Positions 13,857-26,439 are shown, counted from the first letter of the stretch. The stretch: 56,651 bases of DNA from Octopus bimaculoides (GCF_001194135.2 NC_068981.1:76824934-76881584), one strand, 5' to 3'. The notes: generated from the sequence alone by a model not told the origin. Made by a program: numbers and translations.

Positions 13857-14252
13857 GGCGCGGGAGTGGCTGTGTGGTAAGTAGCTTGCTTACCAACCAC
13901 ATGGTTCTGGGTTCAGTCCCACTGCGTGGCATCTTGGGCAAGTGTTTTCTATTATAGCCTCGGGCCGACCAAAGCCTCGTGAGTGGATTTGGTAGACGGA
14001 AACTGAAAGATGCCCGTCGTATATATGTATATGTATGTGTGTTTGTGTGTCTGTGTTTGTCCCCCCAACTAGCTTGACAACCGATGCTGGTGTGTTTACG
14101 TCCCCGTAACTTTGCGGTTCGGCAAACGAGATCGATAGAATAAGTACCAGGCTTCCAAAGAATAAGTCCTGGGGTCAATTTGCTCTATTAAAGGCGGTGC
14201 TCCAGCATGGCGGCAGTCAAATGACTGAAACAAATAAAAGAGTAAAAGAGTA
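13857..14252 (+). mobile_element. tRNA-derived SINE family 1 (octopus OR1/OR2-like, tentative), full length with internal (TA/TG) microsatellite
   Basis: A-box-like ggagtggctgtgtggt and B-box-like gggttcagtccc, then cttgggcaagtg (CORE-like start), body, an internal TG/TA tract at about 14020-14055, and tail aaataaaagagtaaaagagtaaaaga. Related copies occur elsewhere in the window. Confidence 0.85.
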
Positions 14253-14529
14253 AAAGATATATATATATATATATATATGTTCACCAAATACTTCTGTTAC
14301 AATTTGTTCTTCTAACAAAAATTGTCGACCTCGTCTTAATATGGATTAAAGAAGTATTATTATAAGACTTCTTTTCATCCACTGATGATTTCGTATGTAA
14401 CACATGAATTGTGGTGATATCAAAATTAGGAGAATCGTATAGATATAATTTTAGCATCTGTGCGTACAAATTCCTTTGCAGTTTAGGTTCTTAACTATAC
14501 ACTCGATGTATCATATGTATAATAGGTGT

Positions 14530-14610
14530 AATATGTATGTGTGTATTTATATATATATACATACATACATACATACAAACATATACATCCATATATATAT
14601 ACATATACAT

Positions 14611-14667
<57 letters not shown>

Positions 14668-14720
14668 CATCCATATATACATATACATGTATACGTCTAT
14701 ATGCCCACACACATATATAT

Positions 14721-14785
<65 letters not shown>

Positions 14786-14798
14786 ATACATACTTACA

Positions 14799-14836
<38 letters not shown>

Positions 14837-14930
14837 CGTATATGTTGCTAAAGGTAAGTGCGCTTATATATTTATAACTATATGCATATATGTGTGTGTG
14901 TGTGTCTGTGTGTGTATGTTAATATATAAA
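14530..14930. repeat. Compound (TA)/(TACA)/(TG) microsatellite cluster
   Basis: Alternating AT, ATAC and GT runs. Confidence 0.9.
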
Positions 14931-15245
14931 TGTAAATATATATATAGTTACATTTCTGAATTTGTGTGTGCATGTATTATTATATAAATGTATGTTTGTG
15001 TCCTTCTAAAGTAGCATGAATGTCAAAGTGCATGGAAAACTGGTGCATCGATCGATATGTTCAAGTATTCACACGTAACGCTGAAAACAAAAGCATCTGA
15101 CAATGAACACAGATATACGAAAAACAAGTTTCCATAAATAAGTGTACCTGTATACAAAAATGAGCAGGTAAATACGTATCTGTCTGTCGAACGGATGAGG
15201 GTAGTGTATTCAATGTATGCCTCTAATGTGTAGATATTCTGATTC

Positions 15246-15294
<49 letters not shown>

Positions 15295-15729
15295 CAGGCG
15301 AAACTAGTGTGCAAAAAATACGTCATGTTTTGTATATATACACGTTATTCCTGTTAACTTAACCTTTGTTATTCAGCACATCGCCTGTTCTACTTGCTCA
15401 CTTGTATATATTCATATGCATGCATATATGTGTGTGTATATTTTCATATATATATATATATATAAAAAATATATATTCATATTTATATATATGTGTTTGT
15501 GCTTGTATACACACACACCCATATATATGTATGATTGTGTGTGCACCTGCATGTATAGACAGACAAATATATCCTTAAGTATGTAATTATCAATTATTTA
15601 TAAATGTGCTAGCATTTGCATAAAGTTACAAATAGCCTGTCTTACAAATCGTATTTATATTAATATGTGAATCTGTGTTTCAGCATATACTTGTGTATGT
15701 TTGTAAATATATGTACATAAATAATATGG

Positions 15730-15775
<46 letters not shown>

Positions 15776-15838
15776 TGGGACATATAATTCCTAGCATAGA
15801 AATGGAACATAGTTATATATATATGTATATGTATATAT

Positions 15839-15929
<91 letters not shown>

Positions 15930-15965
15930 AAGTGAGAGAAAGATAGAGAGAGAGAGAGAGATACA
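15730..15965. repeat. (TA)n, (CA)n, (GA)n microsatellite cluster
   Basis: Direct simple-repeat runs. Confidence 0.9.
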
Positions 15966-16982
15966 TAAACATATAAATATAATATATATTTTAACATATC
16001 AATATCTATGTCTATCTGTCTGTCTATATATGCAGATAGATAGATAGTGAGAGAGAAAGAAAGAGAGAGAGAGACAGAGAAATATTAATGTAAATACAAA
16101 TACAATCTTTCACGTACATATGACAAGGCAAAAATGAATATGAATGTATTGTTTTTTGATCGTTATAATGTTATATGAAAAACATCCCTATGTGGTCCTA
16201 CAATATTTTACTGCCAAAATCTCCTGTCACTCATTGGCAAAAAGCACATATTCTTGCTTTCTTCCTAAAAGCTTTTGCTATTAAGTAGGAAGCAATTTGA
16301 TATTGGTTTGGAATACTGTTTAACCGTTCTATTGTCTAAAATTCTTATCATATATAGATGCAGAGATATACAGCTAGATATACGCAGAAAGACAGACTGA
16401 TGAGAAATATACATGTGAGCATGTATACAGCTATTTATTCCGGTATATAATATGCATAAATACATATATATATACATACACATACATACTCATATATATA
16501 CATACATATACATACATATGGGTCTGTGTGTATGTATGTATGTATGTATGTATGTACGTATGTACGTATGTATGTATACAATGAGAGGGCGGATAGGATT
16601 CAGGGGGAAGCAAATAAGATTAAAATAAGACGATATATTTCTTCCTTAGTATTTCCGCTCGTAATAAATATTCATTGACAAATACACAAGACCCCAAACA
16701 GGCACACACGCTCTGTATTTCCACACAGACAAACACGTATTAGCGCACTCGCACACGCGCTCAATATACGTGTATTTGTGTGCGTGTGAACCATAACATC
16801 ATAAATATATTGGTATGATTCTGATTATTCTAGAAAATAAAAAGGCTCTAGCAATATTGATAACTTATCCCATATTAATTTTTCGGGATTGGCAAGAAAT
16901 TAGAAGAATGAAGCAGTTGGGTCGGTGACGTAAACTTACAAATATATACAATATTCATGCGTATCTCTGCTTCTATGTGTGC

Positions 16983-17046
<64 letters not shown>

Positions 17047-17059
17047 ATATGTATACACA

Positions 17060-17270
17060 CTTTTCTCCTCTAGGCACAAGGCCCGAAATTTTGGGGTTGG
17101 GGGCCAGTTGATAGATTGATCTCAATACGCAACTGGTACTTAATTTATCGACCCCGAAAGGATGAAAGGCAAAGTCGACCTCGGCGGAATTTGAACTCAG
17201 AACGTAATGACAGATGGAATACCGCTAAGCATTTCGCCCGGCGTGCTAACGTTTCTGCCAGTTCGCCGTC
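17060..17270 (-). mobile_element. tRNA-derived SINE family 2, near full length
   Basis: Minus strand reads tggcagaaacgttagc (A-box-like) ... gagttcaaattcc (B-box-like) ... gtcgactttgcctttcatcctttcggggtcgataaattaagtaccag ... gggccttgtgcc. Many homologous copies in the window. The central block resembles the MetaSINE-type domain (from memory; needs checking). Confidence 0.85.
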
Positions 17271-18229
17271 TTTATACATGTATATATAAGCATATCTTTA
17301 TGTATCTATATACACACAATCACATACATATTTACGTATATGTAAATACATACATATGTAAATGCATACATATTTACGTATATGTCCATTTATCTCTATC
17401 TCTCTTCTTTCTTTCTCTCTATCTCTGTCTTCACTCGTATGCACCCACCCACAAACCAACACACTCACACATACAAATACACATACACACACACACACAC
17501 ACACGCATATATTATACACTATAATTTTAGTTTCCAGAATTCCATTTCTATACCACATAGACTCAGTCCATCACTCACTTTTTTAAATAAGGATTTGCAA
17601 ACTGAAATCTATTGAAAAATTTTAGATGATCTCTCATTAGTCGACAACTCTTTTACACACACACACACATCTTCAAACATGAAAGTGACTTGGCAGATGT
17701 TTTGTAGATATGGACATCATTATATTTTCAGTGCACACCATGACTAACTCGTGTAAGAATAATTAGAAGTTAGGTCCTAAGAGGAAAAATGCACTCACTA
17801 AAAAGTATGTGAAGATTTAGTTCAGTTTTAGCAATAGCAGCACTCATAATCGACTGCATAAACTGTGCACGAGTGTAAACAATACCATCCAGTGAACAGC
17901 ATGACAAATACATCAACTATTAAAGGCCTTAAAAGAAGTCTAGACCACTGAGAAAATTTAACGTCAGACAAGTGTTCTCTCTATTTGCCACCCCATCCCT
18001 ACTAAATTACTAACGTTTGCCGCATACAACATTTTCCACGATAGTGCTAAATGTATGGAAGGACGACTCGAAGACAACCCTGACGTAACATTTCGGCCCA
18101 ATGGATATTATAGCATCAAAACAGAAATAAATATATTTAAACCGAATCAATTGCAGGTCCCAATATACTCCTCATTACTCTCTTGATTTTCATTTCTGTT
18201 ACCTAATCCCTGATAGAAATCAATGCATC

Positions 18230-19370
18230 CAGCATATATAACCGACTACAGTCAATCCTAATCTATCATCTCAATTTTCAAAAACTGAAATAAGTCGCTC
18301 GTGATAAACTACAAGTCTCATTCAGCTCTCACATCACTGAAGCTTTACAGGAAGTGGTGAGATGAAAAGATCAAGAACATATGACTTGCTGGAAACCAAT
18401 AATCACCACATGCCAAACAGCGTAGTTTTCATGCACCATACACTCACTGCTCAAAATAGCTTCAATTTCATTTCGGTGATATCTTGAATATATTTTGAGT
18501 AATATCGAAAAATAAATGTGATATATGTATATTGAATTCAGCAACAACTTTTATGACATTGAACACATCCTGACAAAACTTTTCAGCAGTGAAATACAAT
18601 GGAAACAACTGCACTTATTGTTACGAAAAAGATACACAAATCCCACAAAATCACAATATCACAAGGTGGACGATGTCTATCGTAAGGGGTCAGGAATGTT
18701 CCAGTTTTGGACCTTGATTCTTTTCATTAATTACTTCAATGACAACACAAATCTCACACAGTGGGGCATAATGCATATATATACACACGATTATAGGCAA
18801 AGTAGGTACTAGATATAACACGAATCTAAATCTGCGAAACATGAATATATCCAGAAAATCGAGCTAATTCGTTTCAACGGCCATATTTTCCTTCCTCAAG
18901 AGAAGCTCCTATGGCGTTATATTAACGTCAAGGTACGATTTATTTCTAATAACAGCATCAACTTCAAATCAACATACACTATAAAGCTGATATTGTTTCC
19001 ATGATGAGGATTTCGATTCTCAGATCGTTTCAGTTCAAATACTGCAGTATTGCGACATTATCTTCCCCACTTATACAAAGTCCCTCCTGGAATATCGTTT
19101 CTTTTTGTAGCTTCAACATATCAAGCGAAATATCTTGAAACATGTGGCAACTGAATGCCTAATCACAAAAATTAAATGTAGGATAAAAACTTTAAATTAC
19201 TGGAATCGTCTCAAAGCAGAGATTCTATTCTCCCTAGCACCTCCGCGAAGGCTACATGCTTTCTGCAATGGTCAAACGTACCGTCATTGCTGAGCAGACG
19301 TTGTTCTCATCAAGTCTGAAATTGTGTGTATATCCAGAGGCAAACTAATACTGCTGCACTATGAAGCTAC
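18230..19370 (+). mobile_element. Degenerate CR1-like LINE RT/3' remnant
   Basis: ORF 18525-18812 MYIEFSNNFYDIEH..TKL resembles YLDFSKAFD.V.H..KL; GSGMFQFWTLILFINYFND resembles SGVPQGSVLGP.LF.IYIND. Later SLLEY and YWNRLKAEILFSLAPPRR resemble YWERLK.L.LYSL.RRR. Confidence 0.6.
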
Positions 19371-19514
19371 CTAGAAGTTACCTACCTTAAGCTACCTAGT
19401 TTGTTAATACAAACTAGGTAGCTTAAGGTGCCGGGAAAATGCCGTCGCCAAGGAGCTTAATTTCGCAGTGTGATTAGATGCATATGAATATGACTCCGTA
19501 CATACATACATACA

Positions 19515-19548
<34 letters not shown>

Positions 19549-20024
19549 CATACATATGTACATATATATATATATANNNNNNNNNNNNNNNNNNNNNNNN
19601 NNNNNNNNNNNNNNNNNNNNNNNNNNNNNNNNNNNNNNNNNNNNNNNNNNNNNNNNNNNNNNNNNNNNNNNNNNNNNNNNNNNNNNNNNNNNNNNNNNNN
19701 NNNNNNNNNNNNNNNNNNNNNNNNNNNNNNNNNNNNNNNNNNNNNNNNNNNNNNNNNNNNNNNNNNNNNNNNNNNNNNNNNNNNNNNNNNNNNNNNNNNN
19801 NNNNNNNNNNNNNNNNNNNNNNNNNNNNNNNNNNNNNNNNNNNNNNNNNNNNNNNNNNNNNNNNNNNNNNNNNNNNNNNNNNNNNNNNNNNNNNNNNNNN
19901 NNNNNNNNNNNNNNNNNNNNNNNNNNNNNNNNNNNNNNNNNNNNNNNNNNNNNNNNNNNNNNNNNNNNNNNNNNNNNNNNNNNNNNNNNNNNNNNNNNNN
20001 NNNNNNNNNNNNNNNNNNNNNNNN

Positions 20025-20057
<33 letters not shown>

Positions 20058-20092
20058 GATATAAATATATATATGTATGTATGTATATATAT

Positions 20093-20252
20093 ACGACGGG
20101 CTTCTTTCAGTTTCCGTCTACTAAATCCACTCACAAAGATTTGGTTGGCCTGAGGCTATAGTAGTGGGTAGCTGCCCAAGGTGCCACGCAGCGGGACTGA
20201 ACCCGGAACCATGTGGTTGGTAAGCAAGTTTCTAACCACAAACCCACTCCTG
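20093..20252 (-). mobile_element. SINE family 1, 5' half; the remainder runs into a microsatellite and gap
   Basis: Reverse complement of the 13857 head: cgacgggcttctttcagtttccgtctac...ctgcccaaggtgccacgcagcgggactgaaccc...cactcctg. Confidence 0.85.
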
Positions 20253-21269
20253 TATTTATGTATATATATAAAATGCTGTTTGAAAATAAAATCCGTAAGT
20301 GGAAGAGTAAAAGCATGAATGAAAGATTTCTCAAGGGTTCAATGTGTAATACTTTATCATTTTTATTATAAATGTTCCAGTAAAGAAGCTATGTTTCTTT
20401 GTTTGAAAGCAGTTCCTTCAGTTCCTGTACTTCTTTACTCTCTCTCTTTCTACTCCTCTTTATTTCTCCGCATGTCCTGTTTTAATTCTGTCTATTTCCT
20501 CTTGCATCCGTTATTAATGTAATATTCATACTTCTAGAGAACTTGCCACATTCATAATTTGTTATTCGAAAGATGAACCTATAACCATAGTACCTTTAAC
20601 TATTTTCAGATATATTAAACTGTCTCTGCACCTATAGTACATTCGCAGAAGCAGGTGGTGTCGTTAAGTTTACTTTTGCTACTGTGGTGTTAGGGTTCAA
20701 TCCCATTCAATGGCAACTTGGAGAAGTTGACCTTGGATTAACTAACACAATACACGTAAAATTAGAAGCTGAAAACAGTTTGGAATATTGTTATGTGTGT
20801 GTAGTTGTGCGAGTGTATATGCAAGTGTATATGTGTAAATACATGTATGTGTGTATGTGTGTGCGTGTGTATACAGATAAATGTATATTCTCAACAGGCA
20901 AGTTATACAACACAATTGTTCGTAATGGTTTAGTCAATGGAGAATACGTTGAGCATTGAAAAATGATGCTATTACCAACGTATTGTTGCAATCACACGCG
21001 AACGACATCTCCATGTAAAAGATAGAATGGAAATATTGATATATATAGGTAGGTAGGTAGGTAGGTAGATAGGTAAGTAGGTAGGTAAGTAGGTAGGTAG
21101 AGCAGGTATAAGTGATAACGCATGAAACTCTCGGTCCTTGAGTCACTCTGCTGCCTCTGCTAAATATTAATATAAATACACGCACACACACGTACACACA
21201 GAGGCATGCATGCACACACACACGCACGCATGCACAAGCAAACATACATACATACATACATACATACAT

Positions 21270-21316
<47 letters not shown>

Positions 21317-21527
21317 CATATATATNNNNNNNNNNNNNNNNNNNNNNNNNNNNNNNNNNNNNNNNNNNNNNNNNNNNNNNNNNNNNNNNNNNNNNNNNNN
21401 NNNNNNNNNNNNNNNNNNNNNNNNNNNNNNNNNNNNNNNNNNNNNNNNNNNNNNNNNNNNNNNNNNNNNNNNNNNNNNNNNNNNNNNNNNNNNNNNNNNN
21501 NNNNNNNNNNNNNNNNNNNNNNNNTAA

Positions 21528-21571
21528 GTGTGCGATGTGTACGTGCGATGTGTACGTGCGATGTGTACGTG
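21528..21571. repeat. 13-bp minisatellite (acgtgcgatgtgt) about x3 next to a gap
   Basis: gtgcgatgtgt acgtgcgatgtgt acgtgcgatgtgt acgtgcg; more units may lie in the adjacent gap. Confidence 0.8.
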
Positions 21572-22759
21572 CGTGTGCTCGCATGCTTGCATATCAATAT
21601 AAGGTATACATGTTTTTATGACATACAATAGCTTTTCAGTTCAAATTGTCGATTAAGCTTCATCTCTCCAGATAGGAAAAAATGAGTTTGTTTTCTCCTG
21701 GGGAAATATCCAATAGTAAACTGTATTATGATTTAGTTAGTTCTTTGTGAGAAATATTCACATTACAGAAGAGTATTTTTCATTAGCTTCTATTCGTGTG
21801 GCATATTTAATAACGATGTCTGTGCTGTATATGAAGACTGTGCCAATTTATTTTTCGTAGCGTATATAATTCACAGCCTAATATCAACTTGTATTATCAT
21901 TTCGATAGCGTACACATATATATTTATTTCACATCAAAAGTGAAAGGAATTTTAACCTAGTATAGGGAGCGAAATATTGTTTATTGCTAGCAGATGAGAG
22001 AGAATTTGTATTTTAAATTCAATATCGGTGACTACTTTTACACGAATATTTTACTGATCTCTAAATATTCTCTTTGTGACCTTTTCGAAACTCCAATTCG
22101 GATGAAATGCCTATCTCTGGGTTTCTCATTGATAAGCAAATAAAATATAAATACCCCTACTGGATAAGGATACTGGCATCTTGCAGGTAGATTAGGCAGA
22201 GGGGAATATTAAATTTTGCGTTTCAAACGAATGAGAGAGTCGGCAATTCAAAAGGATTGCAACTGATTGCATTGGTTAGTTATATAATTATCGGTAGCTA
22301 ATTCAGTCCGGGTGAACTCAGCTGTTGATATTTAAGTGGCCTCACTATGGATTTAATGAATTATAACTGATAGAAGACAAACTCCGTCCAAATTGTCTGA
22401 TTCCCAATTGACGCAGCTATCCACAATCTGAAACGCTTTCTCGTTTTTCTAATGTACAAGGAACATACTGAATCCACTGAAAGCGTTCAGATACCCCTGA
22501 GACTTTATACATAAACTACGAAACATGCTCGGTCTCTTATCAGTAGGACTGTATTATTTAGAAAGTACTTTCCGGTCAATAATTCATAATTATTATCTTT
22601 TAGTAAAAGCCTAATTTATTTTGTCAACTAACAAACTTGGTCACGAGAAATGTTCAGCTAACGTCGGATATATTTGATGTTAGTAAGATAAAATTAGTGT
22701 CTACCAACACCACTCGACTTCAGTAAATTGCTACTATATATACAATAAATCATGGAAAT

Positions 22760-23300
22760 CATCTTCAATAGGATTTGATTTCTGCATCTCATTTGAACCT
22801 TATACCACCACTCGTCGTTTAATTTGAACTCTCCTTTACCCGCAAAATCTTTTTTAGATGGACTCTAGTTTCTTTCCAAACTCTTTGTTAGCAATATTGA
22901 CATTAGAGTATTTGCACAGCTTACTGAGAATAACCTGGAATTATGTCGTTATGGCGATGACTCTATCAGCGATAGAGATGAACTCTTAATCTTCACGCAC
23001 TAAGAATGAACCCAGTCTTTCTTTTCATTCATCAATAGTTTACAATCATCTTTAGATTTTAGTTGTTCTCTCTCTGATGTATCTGTTAACCTCATCACTG
23101 CCTTTGTCACTATTCTTGGCCCGCACAGATTCTATACTGTTCACAGAGTTCCTGTTCCCAGTAAACTAAATATATGTCACATATTTATTTCGATTTACCA
23201 CATCCCGTTCTACTCAATAAACGTACTATTTTTCTCTCGCAATTTCCTCGACTCCGACCGCTATGACTTATAGACTTTGAATTTCTTTCCAAATAAAATG
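22760..23300 (+). mobile_element. Penelope-like element reverse transcriptase remnant
   Basis: In-frame SKLFVSNIDIRVFAQLTENNLELCRYGDD (22947-22961; cf. ANLFVG...RYIDD), then FFSFINSLQSSLDFSCSLSDVSVN (cf. F.NS.HP.L.FT...S..SVNFLD), then HPVLLNKRTIFLSQFPRLR (cf. HP...K.SIPYSQFLRLRR). Confidence 0.65.
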
Positions 23301-23460
23301 TACTTAATGCTGCTATTTCTTCTCGTATAGAATATATAGCCTGAAGGAATACTACAAAACATGTTGCCTTGCGTAGCAACGATTCAGCCAGCTCGGTGCA
23401 TTAATAATACAGGAGAAAAGCTAGGATATATTCCATTCCAATCACAGATTTTTTGATTAT

Positions 23461-23650
23461 TTTTTTTTAACTAAACAGTTTGAAACTTCGAATATTGGTA
23501 GAATTTCTCACGTAGAACATGCTTTACTCTGAACGTTTTTGACAAAATTTCGTATTTTAGGAGTTATTTTGTGTTAAAGTTGTCGCATTTGGGTAATTTC
23601 AAACAATCAACGACGTGTATTCAGTTGAAGAAAGTTACTGCTGTTCGCGA
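23461..23650 (+). mobile_element. Left-arm fragment of the fold-back MITE family seen at 24661 and 29899
   Basis: Shares the blocks tttgaaactt...tggtagaat and gttaaagttgtcg...taatttcaa.caatc...gacgt.tattcag...gttactgctgtt. Confidence 0.6.
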
Positions 23651-24660
23651 TAGTAATCGAAGAGGAACAATTTCCGGGTCATCTCTACTAAATGTCACCA
23701 CTCTGTTCGAAGAATCAATACCATTGAGCAACGAGTCAGCAGCTAGTTTTTTGTTGTTGACATATATGTACTTTCAAAATACCTTATTTTACAACTATGA
23801 GATGTATTGTTATTGTCATGATTTTATCTTACTATAATCAACAACAAACACATTTCGTTAATATAAAATCTTTATTAGATAAAGAATAACATTATCAAAC
23901 CATGAAGGTAAAACAAAACTAATTGCGGCTTATACACCGGAAAATACGGTAATTGTAGTGGCAGTGACAATTTCGCTTGCTGGTTGCTAGTTGATAGTGT
24001 AGAAGCGAGGGAAAGAGTAAGGAATGCACGATGCTGACTAGAAAGGAAGAAAGGATGAAGGTGACATCGTCTTCGCTCGCTGTACGAATAGAAAAGAGTG
24101 GTGACATTTAGTAGACAACTTACATAAAATTCTTCATTCGTACTCTATACCTATTCACACACCTTTAAATATTCCCGTTCTGTATGCTACACCTGTCGCT
24201 TCATTACTCACACCACGCTTATAACTGGTTCCCAAAGCGTATTTTCATATTAACAATCACTTAGATTGTCCCCTTCTCTAACCGCTCACAATGTATTAAG
24301 TAAAAATAGTCTATTTCTCTACATATGGGTAAAACCATAAATGACGTAGGTAACTGTTCGCGGTATTACCATCATGATCGTCAACAGACTTCAGCAATTT
24401 CTAAACACGTGGAAAGAAAATTGAATTAGATATGTTATTCCTTAAATCTTATTTTTGTGTGCAGCGTCACCTTATATGAAGGCTCGACTTCCCATGTGAG
24501 CAAAAGGAAGATAATAATCATTCTATACTCTTCGTCGCCCACCGCCATTAAAGAAAATTTCATTAAGCACATGTGCTCCACAGAATCCACCTCTTCCTTA
24601 TTTGTGTGTTTGTGTATCTAATTCTTTATCGTAGTAAATTTTGCTTATAGCTGTTTCCAG

Positions 24661-25516
24661 GGATCCTTCTGATTTGACGGGCACCACTTGTTTTCTTAAC
24701 GAAACACTTTCAAACTTGGGATACTGGTAGAATGTATCATATAAAACATATTTTTCTCTTAGCCTTCTTAACAAAAATTATTTCATGTTAAAGTTGTCGT
24801 ATTTCTGTTATTTCAACCAATCTCTGACGTTTATTCAGATGAATACAGTTACTGCTGTTTTTGTAAACAATAATTGTTGCCGGTGTCAACAGTGTTATTC
24901 CCTGTTTAATTATATCATTATTCCCTAGTAAGGGTTTAGGGTTAGGGTTCGGGTTTTAGAGTTAGGGTTAGGGTTTTAGGGTTAGGGTTGGGGTTAGGGT
25001 TAAGGTTAGGGTTATGGTTATGGGTTATAGGGTTTTAGGGTTAGGGTTAGGGTTATGAGTGAGGTTAGAGTTAGGGTTATGAGTGAGGTTATGGCAAAAA
25101 TAATCATAACCCTAACCGTAACCCTGAAACTAACCCTAACTCTAAAACCCGAATCCTAACCCTAAAACCTTAAACCCAGTACAAACGCACGAACGATGTC
25201 ATAAATAACAGTACCACGGATAGTTGTTGTTGACAAACTACGGCACTAATTTTATTCAAGGGAAAAGGTCCCATGACACCGTTAGAACATGTTTACATTC
25301 CACGGCAGTAATTGTTTTCACCTCAATAGACGTCAGTGATCAGTTGAAATTACCGAAATACGACAATTTTTTACATGAAATAACTTCGAATACAAAAATT
25401 TTTATCTATTCTATAACACAAAATATACAAGTATATGAAGTTTGAAAGTGTTTCGGTACCAAAAACACTACATAAAACATAAATGAAAAGTGTTGGCCGT
25501 CAAATCAGAAAGATCC
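24661..25516. mobile_element. Fold-back non-autonomous DNA transposon (MITE) with internal telomeric repeats
   Basis: Termini ggatccttctgatttgacgg ... ccgtcaaatcagaaagatcc. About 230-bp imperfect inverted arms. Centre carries (TTAGGG)-like repeats at 24931-25093 and (CCCTAA)-like repeats at 25107-25177. Confidence 0.85.
24931..25177. repeat. Interstitial telomere-like repeats, G-strand block followed by an inverted C-strand block
   Basis: Degenerate GGGTTA units followed by TAACCC units. Confidence 0.9.
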
Positions 25517-25825
25517 CAGTAGTAGTTATAGTTTCTTTATTGATAAGTTTACTCAATCGGTCTAGTGATCGGTTGAGAAAAATAGAACGACCTATAGTAT
25601 TAATACTACTTTCGTGAGAGTAATTTCTGGTTGTAACCAATCAGAACACTGAAATAATTGAAGTAGCTGTATGCTGTCAACTTAATGTGACAGTCCCCTG
25701 AAGGGAATAATACTACTGTTGGTTAGACCTAGGAAGCTGCACCGCTTCCTGTCGGCCTTGACACATTTCCTGTGTCCTTATGTTTACAAGGGGGAGACAA
25801 GCACCTCCACCCAGCTAAGCCTGCA

Positions 25826-25868
25826 TCCAGAGACATGTTTCTGAGTCTTTGCTCGTCATCAGTCTGGA
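25826..25868 (-). ncRNA. Minimal type I hammerhead ribozyme motif (Penelope/retrozyme-style), possibly mutated
   Basis: Minus strand: uccaga CUGAUGA c-gag caaaga cuc-a GAAA caug UC ucugga. It has a 6-bp helix I (uccaga/ucugga), an intact CUGAUGA and GAAA core, a GUC cleavage triplet and a palindromic ACAUGU in place of helix III. The base of helix II is a C-A mismatch. Confidence 0.6.
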
Positions 25869-26439
25869 GTAGCATGACTTGCTAGTCGAAATGAAATAAT
25901 TGTACGGTCATGAGGAGGGTGTGAAGCGATGCAATATGTCCAAGCATAATGTAAGTGGAAGAGAGATAAAGAGGAAAGGGAAAGAGAAGTGATGATTTAG
26001 AAAAGAAGGACTAAAGGGAAGAGAATGAAAGAAAGAAAAAGAGAAAGAAATAGAGAGAACAGAGGATGGGAAGCAATCGATGAAAGAAGGGATTGAGACT
26101 GGCCGGAATTAAGGAAGGGACAATAATAAAAACCTTTTAATTGGGTCATCACATATACCAACAAGAAAGAAAAAAAAATTGCATTGTTTTCAGGTCAAAT
26201 ACTATCCAGATAGTATTGAAATTTGGTATAGTTCACTTACACACGTGGTCAGCTTAGATCTTTAATATTTGATCATTCGTGCTATATCACATTGGGAATG
26301 AATTGTATTTAAAAAAAAAAAGAATGAATGAAAAATTAGCAGCAACTATATTATGATAGCAAAGTAGAGAAAGCTTTAGTAGGAATGGAGATTAGAAAGA
26401 GACAGACAAACACGTGTGATTAAAAATGAAAATAAAATA

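Noticed and set aside
24465-24495. Candidate 31-nt micro-exon (tttttgtgtgcag ... gtgagc)
   Set aside because: Splice-like signals of this strength arise by chance in 57 kb; no recognisable peptide or partner exons.
24931-25177. Head-to-head TTAGGG/CCCTAA as a chromosome end-to-end fusion scar
   Set aside because: It lies inside a TIR-bounded element with a related copy 5 kb away, and the C-block is a local inverted copy of the G-block, so a fusion is not needed to explain it.
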